A stretch of 64,000 nt of DNA from Octopus vulgaris (GCA_951406725.2 OX597814.1:29512001-29576000); one strand, 5' to 3'. Counted from the first letter of the stretch, positions 13,287 to 25,961 are shown. A program made the numbers and translations. The notes: generated from the sequence alone by a model not told the origin.

Positions 13287-14345
13287 TCTATAATATAAAT
13301 TGGACATGGGCAATCATTGCATTCTTTCTTGTCTTGAGGTTCACAGCCAAACGGCTGGGTGGATTCGCGTGAAAAATGGCACACATGTGCAGACAGGAGC
13401 ATAGATTGGAATGCAGTTCGTATTTTTTCCTAGCCCCCATGGTTACCAAGAAAATCGATTAAAACTTTTTCTAATGGAATTCCCCTGTTTGTTCCGCTAT
13501 TAAAACAACCAGTTGCTCACACAGCCAGCATATACCATTTCGCTAGCAACAAGGGGAGTATGGGATGACAGTCAGCCAAAACTTCTGTTATATTGTCTCT
13601 CTTCTTTCATCTCTTTGTGGGGTTAATCTTAATTGTACGCGCAAGCATGCATGCACACACACACACATATATCCATTTCATATATCTTCTTTCAGTTTCT
13701 GCTCTCTGCAAACAAAATTTTTTACCGATATAACTGCTTACAAAAGTAGGGATTAATGTATAATTTCTTTCTATGTTCATAATTAAATCAATGTTTTAAT
13801 GATTAGACAGAGGTCCAATAAAATAGCTCTCAGAAACAGACTACGTACAAATACGTCAATCATCACAACACACACCTTCACTCACTCATTCTATCTCTCT
13901 TTCTCACCCTCTTTCTCTCTCATGCACAAGCACGCATGCACGCACATACACCCACACACGTCCATTTCATTTATCTTCTTTCAATTTCTACTCTTTGCAA
14001 ATATAATTTTTACTGATACAACTGCTTACAAAAATAGGGATTAATGTATAATTTCTTTCTAATGTTCATAATTAGATCAGTGTTTTAATGATTAGTCAGA
14101 GGTCCAATAGAATAGCTCTCAGAAACAGACTACGAACAAATTCGTTCATCACAACTCCTGAAGCTGTTTTCTGACAAGGGTTGGTGGTGGGGAGTCAGGA
14201 ATTTTTCATACAGCTGGAGGCTCCAGTCGAAACAGGAGACCCGAAATGATAAGGATGAGAAACACTGTTATAGATTATGCCTAACCGAAAACTATCACAG
14301 CCACATCACTCAAACAGACCGGGTGAAACTGGGGTTAGCTGCTGG
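13287..14345 (+). mobile_element. non-autonomous Helitron
   Basis: A|TCTATAATATAAA 5' end, subterminal imperfect hairpin ccgggtgaaactggg, 3' CTGG|T (CTRR). Inserted between A and T with no TSD. Confidence 0.75.
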
Positions 14346-14363
14346 TTAATATATATATATATA

Positions 14364-14906
14364 CAGGGCTATTCAAAAAGAATGAACCGATTTCATTACG
14401 CAATATTTTAATTAGGAAAAGCAATAGAAAATTCCAGCTAAATCACAAGTATTTGCTCACAATCAACTTTTCTTTCCTCTCTTACAAGTGTTCAATGTGG
14501 CCACCACCTGCAGTACGGGCAATATCAATGCGATAAGTGAATTCCTTCTAGACGCATATCAAAAGCAAGTTCATTATGGAACTAAAGAATAAATTTGATT
14601 TCCTTGAGGCAATTCCAGAAGATCAATTGACATAGAAGGGAAATTGAAAAACTTCGATAAAGCATTCAACCAGACAGCCAAAGAAGTTCTCAGTGGATCA
14701 TGATAAGCTGATACGTGTCTGGGAGGAATTCTCTTATTGCATTGCTGTTGCCCATGCTGCAGGTGGTGGCCACATTGAAAACTTGTAAGACAGGAAATAA
14801 AAGTTCATTGTGAGTAAATACTTGTGACTTAGCTAGAGTTTTCTATTGCTTTTCATTATCAAAATATTGCGTAATGAAATCAGTTCATTCTTTTTTAATA
14901 ACCCTG
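14364..14906. mobile_element. Tc1/mariner-type MITE with long (~170 bp) TIRs and TA TSD
   Basis: ta|CAGGGCTATTCAAAAAGAATGAAC ... GTTCATTCTTTTTTAATAACCCTG|ta. The arms remain complementary for about 170 bp. Confidence 0.88.
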
Positions 14907-14920
14907 TATATATGTGTATA

Positions 14921-15214
14921 TCACGTGATCACGTGACCGACCAGACCATCGGATGTTGTTACACATCGCTGGTCACAATGCGTTCGCATTGTTTTAGCCT
15001 TTGAATGACGCCACCCCACTCGAATGAGGCCAACAGAAAGAGTGGGAGAAAGAGTAGTGATAGAGTACAGCAGGGATCACCATCCCCTGCCGGAGCCTCG
15101 TGGAGTTTTTAGGTGTTTTCGCTCAATAAAAACACACAACGCCCGGTCTGGGAATCGAAACCGCGATCCTGCGACCGCGAGTCCGCTGCCCTAACCACTA
15201 GGCCATTGCGCCTC
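14921..15214 (-). mobile_element. SINE with family C tRNA(Arg)-like head and a different 3' tail
   Basis: Head gaggcgcaatggcctagtggttagggcagcggactcgcg is shared with 16505 and 60986. The 3' part is unrelated. Confidence 0.8.
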
Positions 15215-16504
15215 TGTGTATATATATATATATAAATAACCAACAAAGGCAGTATTGATACTGAGAGGTAATATTTATCCCCACTTAAATGTGGATTACC
15301 TGTTAGGGCAAACTATACTGCAGTACACACCATGAGAGAAGCTCTCAGATTGGTTTTTTGGTGCAAAATGCCCTCTTGTCTATATAAATTCCTGTAATAT
15401 TGCTTGTTTATATCACATTTTGCTTCAAAAGCCAGTATGAGAGTTTCTCTCATCGTATCTACAGCAGTCAAATTTGTTCTAACAGAACACCCACGTTTAT
15501 GTAGGAATAAATACATATTTATGAACATCTATATCTGTGTAAGTCTTTTTCTTATTTGATTCAGTTATCAGACTGCAGTCATTCTGTGACATCGTCTTCA
15601 ATATTGAATCCAGGAATTATCTTGGTTTGTTTTATCAATCTATTTCTTGAATCACTAACTTACATGACCTAAAGTAACATAACATAAAGTACACTGGTTT
15701 TCACATTAGTATAAATATATATCATTCTACAAAGGTTTATGTTTGCAATGCTTTAACCATAGAAAGATATTTAAGACAAATTATACACATAGACTAATAT
15801 TATTCATAAGACAATTCACTGATAAACTATGAAATTAAATCAACGACATAATATATTATTTATATTATATGTAGGACCATTACCATTGGCTGATAAATAT
15901 TTTAAATTATGTATGACATACATATTACTGACACATGTTTTTAGTATCCACAGTTTATTGAGGCAATTAGTGTACTTTGTTTACTGGAATTGTAGCCATA
16001 TGCACTTTTCTCTGATATGAAAATAAGGGCATTGTAACAATATATAAAGATTTGTTAAAGAATTATACATGTAGCCAAACTGTGACACAATTTTACAAAC
16101 TTAGCTGCCTATTCACAGTGTCCAGTCTTCTGGACCAACAACTCTTCACTGCTGTCTTTTCTCTTTTGCCAACTGGAATAGCCATGTATCTCCACTACAG
16201 CAAGATATCTGTTCTTGTCCCTCTTTCACACTTTAAATTCTCATCACTTGGCATAAAGCCACCTCCCTCGGCACTATGCCCACCTCAGTTGAGGGTGTTT
16301 TGTCTTGCAAATTACTTGGTGAACTCACTAGTGCTGGTGCCACACAAAAAGCACCTGCTGTAGATACCATACCAAAACAGACATTGGAGCTTGGCACAAT
16401 TATTTGGCTCACTAGTTCTTGTCGAACCATTCAACCCATGCCAGCACTGAAAACAGAAATGAAGCGATGGTGAAAATGTCTTTGGTTTCATACCTTAGTT
16501 ACTG

Positions 16505-16870
16505 TGGAGGCGCAATGGCCCAGTGGTTAGGGCAGCGGACTCGCGGTCATAGGATCGCAGTTTCGATTCCCAGACCGGGCATTGTGAGTGTTTATTGAGC
16601 GAAAACACCTAAAGCTCCACGAGGCTCCGGCAGGGATGGTGGTGATCCCTGCTGTACTCTTTCACCACAACTTTCTCTCACTCTTACTTCCTGTTTCTGT
16701 TGTACATGTATTTCAAAGGGCCGGCCTTGTCACTCTCTGTGTCATGCTGAATATCCCCGAGAACTACGTTAAGGGTACGCGTGTCTGTGGAGTGCTCAGC
16801 CACTTACACGTTAATTTCACGAGCAGGCTGTTCCGTTCATCGGATCAACCGTAACCGACGGAGTGCTTCC
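16505..16870 (+). mobile_element. SINE family C (tRNA-Arg-like head)
   Basis: A box tggcccagtgg, B box gtttcgattcc. Near-identical to 60986-61367. Confidence 0.88.
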
Positions 16871-17284
16871 ACCTTAGTTACTTCTTGACATAAAGATAAA
16901 AGTAATAGATAACAATTCTCAAGGTAGAATAGCTGACAAGTGTATAACAATGAATAAAGTTTTCAAAGATGTTATCTCCTTCGACCTTCAGTACTATTTA
17001 TGTGGACTTTACACCCTCTCAAGAATTAAATACTCCAGAAAAAATGCAACCATAGAAACTATGCGAAGGCAGATACTGGAGCTTAGTTGGTCCTCTGGCT
17101 TTGTCTCCTTCTATCAAACTGTCCCAATTCATGCCTCGAACTTATTGACACTGATTAATAAATATTAGCAACAGTCAAATCTCAGTTAAATCACTTTACT
17201 GTCTTAAAAAAATAAAGACATCTTGAGACTGCATTAGGTAGTTATCCCAGCACCAAGGCTCTCCTATAATTCTGGATGGATACA

Positions 17285-17455
17285 GGCACAGGAGAGGCTG
17301 TGTGGTAAATAGCTTGGTTACCAACCACATGGTTCCGGGTTCATTCCCATTGCGTGGTACCTTGGCCAAGTGTCTTCTACCATAGCCTCGGGCCAACCAA
17401 AGCCTTGTGAGTGGATTTGGTAGACAGAAACTGAAAGAAGCCCGTCGTATATATG

Positions 17456-17524
<69 letters not shown>

Positions 17525-17720
17525 CTGTGTTTGTCCCTCCAACATCGCTTGACAACCAATGGTGGTGTGTTTACGTCCCCGTAACTTAGCGGTTCAGCAG
17601 AAGAGACTGATAGAATAAGTACTAGGCTTACAAAGAATAAGTCCCGGGGTCGATTTGCTCGACTAAAGGCGGTGCTCCAGCATGGCCGCAGCCAAATGAC
17701 TGTAACAAGTAAAAGAGTAG
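17285..17720 (+). mobile_element. SINE family A
   Basis: Full-length match to 5357-5766. Confidence 0.88.
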
Positions 17721-18077
17721 CATAGCTAAGGGAAAATTCCTCTGTGGAGCATTTTGAATACTAAATATGGATATAGTTGGGTCTGAAGAACTTTGATTAA
17801 CTAAGATTGGCTAAGTAATTTGTAGAAAAGGAAATGAAAACTACTTCTAGTGGTGTTGTTAAAAATTTAAAAAACAAAACACCACTGTACTGAATATGTG
17901 AGACTGTTGTATTTATATTTAGTATGCAATTCTTCCCTTTGACAGTTTTTCACAACCAAGTTGATATTCATAACCAGCGTCACTATATTTCCACTGTTTC
18001 TCTATATATTGATGACTCATAGTCTTGCCAGCTGAATGGAACATGCTTTGCTGATGAAATGTAAATAGACTGAAACA

Positions 18078-18985
18078 GGCGCAGGAGTGGCTGTGTGGTA
18101 AGTAGCTTGCTAACCAACCACATGGTTCCGGGTTCGGTCCCACTGCGTGGCATCTTGGGCAAGTGTCTTCTGCTATAGCCCCGGGCCGACCAATGCCTTG
18201 TGACATACAGCATCTCGAAAGAGTCCAGAGGCTGGCTACGCGCATGGTTCATGGTCTCAAAAATTTGTCCTATGAAGAAAGGCTGAGGACGCTCGACCTT
18301 TATTCTCTTGAAAAACGCCGCCGCCGTGGTGATCTCATTCTCGCCCACAACATCATAAGCGGGAAGTGTAACCTCTCGAAAGAGCTGTTCTTCACTCCTG
18401 CTCCGGAGCGTCGGCTGCGGGGTCATTCCGAAAAGCTCTACCTGCGACGATTTCATCTCAATCGAAGGAGAGGAGCTTTCTCCGTCCGGGTTGCGGTCCG
18501 TGGAACAAGCTGCCAGACAAGATGGTGAAGATGCCGACGACCGCTTTGTTCAAAGCCTCCCTGGACCTCAAGTGGCCTGAACTCTTTACATGAACACCAC
18601 CCTGTACTTAACTCCATGTCCCCCTACATGGCCTTGCTATTTGCTTTTGAGCCAAATTAACTAACTAACTAACTAACATAACTAACTTGTGAGTGGATTT
18701 GGTAGACGGAAACTGAAAGAAACCCGTCGTATATATGTATATATATATATAAGTGTGTGTGTGTGTGTATATGTTTGTGTGTCTGTGTTTGTCCCCCTAG
18801 CATTGCTTGACAACCGATGCTGGTGTGTTTACGTCCCCGTCACTTAGCGGTTCGGCAAAAAGAGACCGATAGAATAAGTACTGGGCTTACAAAGAATAAG
18901 TCCCGGGGTAGATTTGCTCGACTGAAGGCGGTGCTCCAGCATGGCCGCAGTCAAATGACTGAAACAAGTAAAAATAGTAAAGAGT
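18078..18985 (+). mobile_element. SINE family A interrupted by a CR1 LINE
   Basis: The two halves rejoin at the duplicated cttgtga. Confidence 0.88.
18204..18685 (+). mobile_element. 5'-truncated CR1-group LINE 3' end with (ACTA)n tail
   Basis: LERVQRLATRMV.GLKNLSYEERL..L.LYSLEKRR.RGDLI...RGHS...WNKLP is the classic CR1 ORF2 C-terminus. One frameshift near 18495. Confidence 0.92.
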
Positions 18986-19261
18986 ATGTCTCGCTATCCC
19001 CGGTTGGTTTTAAAGACATGTCTGCGTTATTGATAGTGTTCAAAACTTTTGTCTTCCTTGCTTGTTTCAATATTCTAAATACTCTTTACTCTTTTGCTTA
19101 GATAATCTTGTCACCATCATCATTTAGGGTCCACTTTTTCATGTTTGTATGGGTCAGTGTTTATTGAGGCAGATTTTCTGTAGCCAGATGCACTTCCTCT
19201 CACCAACCCTCACATTTCTCCAAACAAATATTTCCCCATGGCCAGACATTCTCAAGAGATC

Positions 19262-19490
19262 ATCATCATCATCATCATCATTTAGCGTCCGCTTTCCATG
19301 CTAGCATGGGTTGGACGGTTCAACTGGGGTCTGTGAAGCCGGAAGGCCGCATCAGGCCCAGTCTGATCTGGCAGTGTTTCTACAGGCTGGATGCCCTTCC
19401 TAACGCCAACCACTCCGTGAGTGTAGTGGGTGCTTTTTACGTGCCACCTGCACAGGTGCCAGACGGAGCTGGCAAACGGCCAAAAATTTG
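19262..19490 (-). mobile_element. RTE LINE 3'-UTR fragment
   Basis: (CAT)n tail plus family sequence as at 48880 and 59494. Confidence 0.75.
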
Positions 19491-20197
19491 TGCCAACCAC
19501 CGGATGCCGAAGATTTCAGTACCCATCCAGAATTATAGGAGAGCCTTGGTGCTGGGATATCTACCTAATGCAGTCTCAAGATGTCTTTATTTTTCAAGAC
19601 ACTAGAGTGATTTAACTGAGATTTGACTGTTGCTTCCAGCAGTGTTCAATGTCGCAGAAGCTCGCTTAATGTAAGATACAGATGTTCTTGTATTTGACAC
19701 TTTTATGTGAGAAACAAGAAATTTTGGGTTTTGTTATATGCCTCCGTCAGGAAAATGGAATCATAACGTATTATCTGGTACACTGGGAAGCATTATGTAA
19801 TTGTTGAGTCTACCAGAAATAACAGCCAAATTTCCCACAAAATGCGTTTTTTTTTAAAATTATTATTTGTGTGTGTAAAGGACACAAAGTTTAATCCTTA
19901 ATCTGCATCTGAATAAATTCAGAAATGGTTATGGCTGGAACATCTTTGGATAAAATCTACCAAATCAGAGCTGACATCAGGCTAAACAGCATTTTCACCT
20001 ACGATTATAGAATTTACTGTTTGTTAAGCAGCCCGCCTAATGATTTAAAATATATATATTTACATACACCAAAGAGTAAGGTTATCAATATTCCAATAGC
20101 ACATTGACACACATGAACAATATTTTCCCATAAACAATTACCAGACCAATTTGTTTTCACATTCATGAAATAGAGGCCGTTTTGCTTGTCGCTTCAG

Positions 20198-20367
20198 CTA
20201 TCCTTGCCCCTAAGGTGATTCCACCGGTTTCTCTGACGCCAGTTGAAAGAGATTACTTGTCGAGCAAATCGACATGCAATTGTGCCGTTCGCTATCCTTG
20301 GTTCTCGTCGCAGAATTCGATCGATGGATCAGTCACAATTTCCTTAAACTTTTATGAGCGCATGTGA
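20198..20367 (+). CDS. candidate terminal coding exon of an unidentified gene (AILAPKVIPPVSLTPVERDY...FYERM*)
   Basis: Pyrimidine tract ending ttcag, phase-1 frame open for about 56 codons to TGA, repeat-free and CpG-retaining, followed by a U-rich UTR-like tract. No homology recognised. Confidence 0.35.
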
Positions 20368-21149
20368 GAGGAAATTGTTTGGACCGCTCAGTCTTCTGTA
20401 AAATTTTTTGTATTTTGTATTTTATTTATTTATTTTTTTAATTTAAAATATTTGTGAAAAAGGAGCACATATTTAATTAGTAAAACCAACATTTTTTTTT
20501 TTGGGGGGGGATGGAGGGTGTGTTTTATTTTCAATCTCTATCCCTCTTTCGTGTACGAGAAAGAAAAAAAAAAAACTGCTCAGCAAATCCCGGCATCGGA
20601 TGATGTCATTCCACTTCATGTTATCGTGATAAAGCAGTATTGTTATAGCTTTCCTAATTTCCCTTCCAAGGACTTGTACCTATTTAAAATGTCAAAAGGA
20701 AAAGAGAAGAAAGGCCGGGTTCGCTATACACATGCACACACACGTGTGCACGTGTATACACAAATTAGCATTTTTTTTTTTTTTTCCTTTTTTGATTCTG
20801 CATACATTTTTGCCATGTGAACCTAATTCATTTGACAGGCTTGATACATCTATATAATCAGTTCTTTTCTATTTTTATTGCTCAATTTTCCTTTATTGTC
20901 CCTTTTTGTTATTATTATTGTTGTTGTACTCACTTCGACAGTGCATATATTAAAAATATATATATATATGTATATGACTAACGGTTATTATTGTTAGAGT
21001 GATATGATTTCTTGTTCTTGAATTTTTGCTCAGTTTTGTTTTCCTTCTGTCCCCTTTCTCTCTAACATTACAAACTAATGTGTTTATTTGACTGTGAGAA
21101 ATGGCTTTTGAGACTGATGTGTCTTTTTATCTTTGCGGCAATTTCAAAG

Positions 21150-21259
21150 AAATCAAAACTCCAATCGTCTTTGAAGTGCCAACGTCTCTTACGGAAGCCC
21201 CCTACATCCAACACCGCCTCTCTAGGGGTTTTGTTCGAGGGCAACGAAATTCAAGCTAG
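21150..21259 (+). CDS. candidate terminal coding exon (EIKTPIVFEVPTSLTEAPYIQHRLSRGFVRGQRNSS*)
   Basis: Branch-like ctgat, pyrimidine tract, AAG acceptor, GC-richer codon-like phase-1 frame to TAG. No homology recognised. Confidence 0.35.
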
Positions 21260-22080
21260 CTCCTTTCAAATTGAGTTGTTAAAATGCTTTCTCTCGATCA
21301 ATGAAAAAAATCTTTTTTTATATATATATTCTTTCGTCATGATTTCCTCTATTTCCCTTAGTCATCTGTTTTTCATGCCTCTTTTTTTTTTCTTCTGTTG
21401 TCTACTAATCATACCACTTATACATACATGCGCATATCACTTTATTGAGCAATCCTTGACTATAAGGACCCATTTCTTTCATTACTGGCTGCCGACAGTA
21501 AGCTAAACTATACAGTTATTTCTGTAACTCTTGTGTGTGTGTGGTTATGATTTGCAACCATTTGGTTTTTGGTTCAGTCCCACTGATTGGGCTTAGAGCC
21601 TGTCTTCTATTATAGCTCCGGGTCAGCTGAAGCTTCGCGAGAGGATTTGATGGAAGGAAACTGAAATAAGTCCGTCGTGTGTGTCCCCCTTGTTTTGACA
21701 CGGTACAATACTCGTAAATGAACGTCTCCATCATACAAGCAATTTCCTTCATTTCTTGTCTTCCGTAAAAATATGGCTGGCGATGAGAAAGTTTTACCTT
21801 ACTTAAAATCTGATGATGGTTGATGAGAGTAAGGACATCTAGCCGTCTGACCCATGGAAAAATGGGCATTAAGACGATGATAATATAACCACTGAAGCAA
21901 GTGAAAGCTCAAAGATATATATATTTCAACAATCTTTAATGTAGTTACAAGAGAGAAAAACAGTGTAACCCAATTAAGAACAAATCTCCATTAGTTTTGC
22001 TGTTGTTTAGCACAAAGTTAGCTCTTGTCATAGGGGATCACATCCTTTTGACAGTCATTATATATAATGGTGATTGCATT

Positions 22081-22480
22081 ACTCTTTACTCTTTTACTTG
22101 TTTCAGTCATTTGACTGCGGCCATGCTGGAGCACCGCCTTTAGTCGAGCAAATCGACCCCGGGACTTATTCTTTGTAAGCCCAGTACTTATTCTATCGGT
22201 CCCTTTTTGCCGAACCGCTAAGTGACGGGGACGTAAACACACCAGCATCGGTTGTCAAGCAATGCTAGGGGGACAAACACAGACACACAAACACACACAC
22301 ACACATATACATATATACGACAGGCTTCTTTCAGTTTCTGTCTACCAAATCCACTCACAAGGCATTGGTCGGCCCAGGGCTATAGCAGAAGACACTTGCC
22401 CAAGATGCCACGCAGTGGGACTGAACCCGGAACCATGTGGTTGGTTAGCAAGCTACTTACCACACAGCCACTCCTGCGCC
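22081..22480 (-). mobile_element. SINE family A
   Basis: Reverse complement of the family A consensus. Confidence 0.9.
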
Positions 22481-22662
22481 TATCAAATTTTTTTTTTCTT
22501 TTTTAATAAAGTAGGAGGTTATTTGTAGGAGATTTGGTTACTGTTTGAAAGGTTGAGTAACCACATTGCGGATCCAGAGTAAAACATTTGTCATCTGCAA
22601 AACTTAATTTTCAAATGTTCGTATAAGAAGTCTCCTTGCCTCTTCTTTCTTTCTCTTTGTGT

Positions 22663-23163
22663 GACCCTCTTCGGTCATGAATGACCATGGTATTGCACCT
22701 AGAAAGTTACCCTCCGGGCACAAGTCTGGGCAAGGTTGTTTATGGAAGACCAACAGTCGCCCACGCATACTAGCCTCCCCTCTCCATGCCACCGATGTTA
22801 TCCAAGGGAAAGGCAGAGGCCGATACAGCTTGGCACCAGTGACGTCGCAGCTCATTTATTAACATGCAAGTGGCTGAGCACTCCACAAACACGTGTACCC
22901 TTAATGTAGTTCTCAGGGAGATTCAGCGTGACACAGTGTGACAAGGCTGACCCTTTGAAATACAGGTACAACAGAAACAGGAAGAAAGAGTGAGAGAAAG
23001 TTGTGGTGAAAGAGTACAGCAGGGTTCACCACCACCTGCTGGAGCCTCGTGGAACTTTAGGTGTTTTCTCTCAATAAACACTCACAATGCCCGGTCTGGG
23101 AATCGAAACCGCGATCCTACAACCACGAGTCCGCTGCCCTACCACTGGGCCATTGTGCCTCCA
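22663..23163 (-). mobile_element. SINE family C (22862-23163) abutting a family D 3' half (22663-22858)
   Basis: Segments match 60986-61290 and 63502-63700 respectively. Confidence 0.75.
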
Positions 23164-23432
23164 CTCTTTCTCTTTGTAAGGTTTGGTAATCAAAACGTGA
23201 TTAAATTTTATGTTCCCTTTTCTAATATCTGGCCAAAAGTAAATTTATAGCTTAACTAATCATACTCTTGGATTGGTGGAGCTTAAATGAAGTTCAGTTG
23301 ATAATTAGTTTTGAAAATAATGAGGATAACTAACCCACACAGAAAACATCCACAAGCCAATAAAGGAACATCTACATGGTTTGTTTGACTTGTGAGAAAT
23401 AGTAGCCAAATCTCTCTCAAATTACACTATAC

Positions 23433-23663
23433 CTATTTCTTTACTACCCACAAGGGGCTAAACACAGAGAGGACAAACAAGGACAGACAAACGGATTAAG
23501 TCGATTATATCGGCTCCAGTGCGTAACTGGTACTTAATTTATCGATCCCGGAAGGATGAAAGGCAAAGTCGACCTTGGCGGAATTTGAACTCAGAACGTT
23601 ACGGCAGACGAAATACGGCTACGCATTTCGCCCAGCGTGCTAACGTTTCTACCAGTTTGCTTC
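23433..23663 (-). mobile_element. SINE family B with TSD
   Basis: Flanked by duplicated aaattacactatacct. Confidence 0.88.
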
Positions 23664-25142
23664 CCTAAATTACACTATACCTACTTAAAAGGACATACTG
23701 CATCATGTCTTGGATTCACTGTACAAAAAAATAAAAAGATAGGATAGTCAGTGCTGGAAAGCCTTTGATTGTATGTCTGTTTCCTCGGCCAGGGTCTAAA
23801 CAATAACACAATTATCCTTCTCCAGATTATTTTACTACATCTTGAGCTCCCATACATTATGTATTTTCACTCTTTCTTGATACTTTCTACTTTTATTTTC
23901 TCTGATAATTTCTTCCACTCTGTCTCTTTTTTTTCTCTCATTCCCTCACACCCAGTTACACAGACACTCAATCTCTTCTTTACATTCTTCCACATATTCA
24001 CATTGCATATTTATATAAATGTATAACATTCTCCACCATATATGCACAATATACCTGCATCTTTTCACACTGTCATTTCATTGGTCTCTAGCCATCTTAA
24101 ATGGAAATTTCTTTTCCTTCTCTCTCTCTCTCTCTTATCCAATGTCCCCCATTATGTTAGCACATCATGTAATTTAAGAGTGACAGTTCTTATTGCAATC
24201 ATTTCAGATAAAGACTGTCTTTTTACTGCCCAAAACTGATTTTAATTGACCTTTCATTTTTCACCTATGTTTTTACAGTATATCTCCAGGTTAACTGGTT
24301 CAATCTACTTCTTCCATGACTACTTCAATATTTGTTAAATTGAGGTCTCTTTTGCATGCATCTCTCTTTATCTCTAGTAGTGACTGCTTGTTGATCATGA
24401 TTTGCATTCAAGCTGGCAATACAGTAGATCCTTAAGGATGTGACCTTAATTCATGTTGTGCACACAACCAAGTCATCGCAATTCATTGAGCATTGCAGAT
24501 ATGGTCTTATATTCTCTTCTGCCTAGGACCACAAAGTTGGTGACTTTGTCTTCCAGTGTGATGAATTAGATTTTGCAAAGACATCTCATTTGACAGGCAT
24601 TATTCATGTTTCCAAGCTGCATAAACCTTCAGCTTGTTCACCATGACAACTACAACAGTTCTTCAGATATCACATTCTGTTCCACACAACTACTTCCACC
24701 ATTTCTTGGTAAACAATTTCCCATCTTTCTTTGGATTGCTTATCAGTTGCCACCACAAAACATGCATCAATCAATGAATAACTGCACTCGCCAACTTCTG
24801 CAAACTCCTACCAACATTGTCAAATTCCCAGAACCTGGAAGCTGGACAAAATTATAACAATTCTATAAAGTTCAGCAAAAACCTAAGTGAAGTAATGATA
24901 GATGTACACCCTCAAAAATTATAGAATGACTAATCGTTGATATCATTAGTCTATACATTTTCCTCTCTCTATCACAACATGCATTCAGAACATTACACTC
25001 AACCACCATACTGCTCACAAGCACAGCAAATACATGAAGTTGTCAACAGCAAAAACTTTCCATTTATACCATTCTTACTACCATCAACAGCAACACTACT
25101 TCCAGTTTCATTCCCCACTATTCATTCATTCAAAAATACTGA

Positions 25143-25365
25143 ACTTGGCAGAATCAGTAGCACGCCAGGCGAAATGCTTAGCGGTATTTCGTCTGCCGTT
25201 ACGTTCTCAGTTCAAATTCCACCGAGGTCGACTTTGCCTTTCATCCATTCAGGGTCGATAAATCAAGTGCCAGTTACGCACTGGGGTTGATGTGATCGAC
25301 TTAATCCCTTTGTCTGTCCTTGTTTGTCCCCTCTATGTTTAGCCCCTTGTGGGCAATAAAGAAAT
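25143..25365 (+). mobile_element. SINE family B with TSD
   Basis: Flanked by duplicated aaaaatactgaact. Confidence 0.88.
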
Positions 25366-25961
25366 AAAAATACTGAACTACATCTTAAGATACAGCACAA
25401 AGTGCTAACTAGCATGCTACAGATCAGGTTGCTCAAATGCAAGAATAACACTTCCAAAACCTGAAATCTCCTGAATAGAATATCAAGAGATCCATCTTCT
25501 CTCTCATTTTCTTCTATCTAAACCGACCCAACTTTTCCACACATCCATGAAATCTACAGACAACCTTATATGCAGTTGACATAACACCTTTCCCTCTGTC
25601 ACCAGGTATGGTTTCACAACTACTTCAACCCTATGTAAATCACATAGAAACTTGGTTTCATGGCAGGCTTAACCTGTTACCAAACCACCTGAAATTACCC
25701 CTGTTTCTATCACACACACACACTTCCTGGTCTAAAATGCTTCCATCAAAATTTCTTGTTAATTTATTTTCCAAATGTCATTTTAAATAATGACTGAGTT
25801 ATTTTATAAATTCTTCCTCATTTTCAAAATTATATGAAACAAAGGCAGTGTAGTTCCATAGAAATATGGTAACAAAGGGGTTAAAGTACACCTATTAAAA
25901 TCCACGGTCTCATTTCTTATCAGCTACACCAGAGCTCATCAAGTACAATTAACCTTTACAC

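Noticed and set aside
16505-16580. tRNA gene call for SINE heads (also 60986, 5357)
   Set aside because: They continue into SINE bodies in multiple copies and lack a proper acceptor stem and terminator.
20215-20250. PPVSLTPVE as DOLPP1 exon 1 (RPVTLTHVEYP-like)
   Set aside because: Lacks the W and EYP, has no phase-1 GT donor after the motif and no suitable ATG. Likely coincidence.
20596-20640. C/D box snoRNA at ggatgatgtc
   Set aside because: The C box is not RTGATGA, and no CTGA D box or terminal stem lies at a suitable distance.
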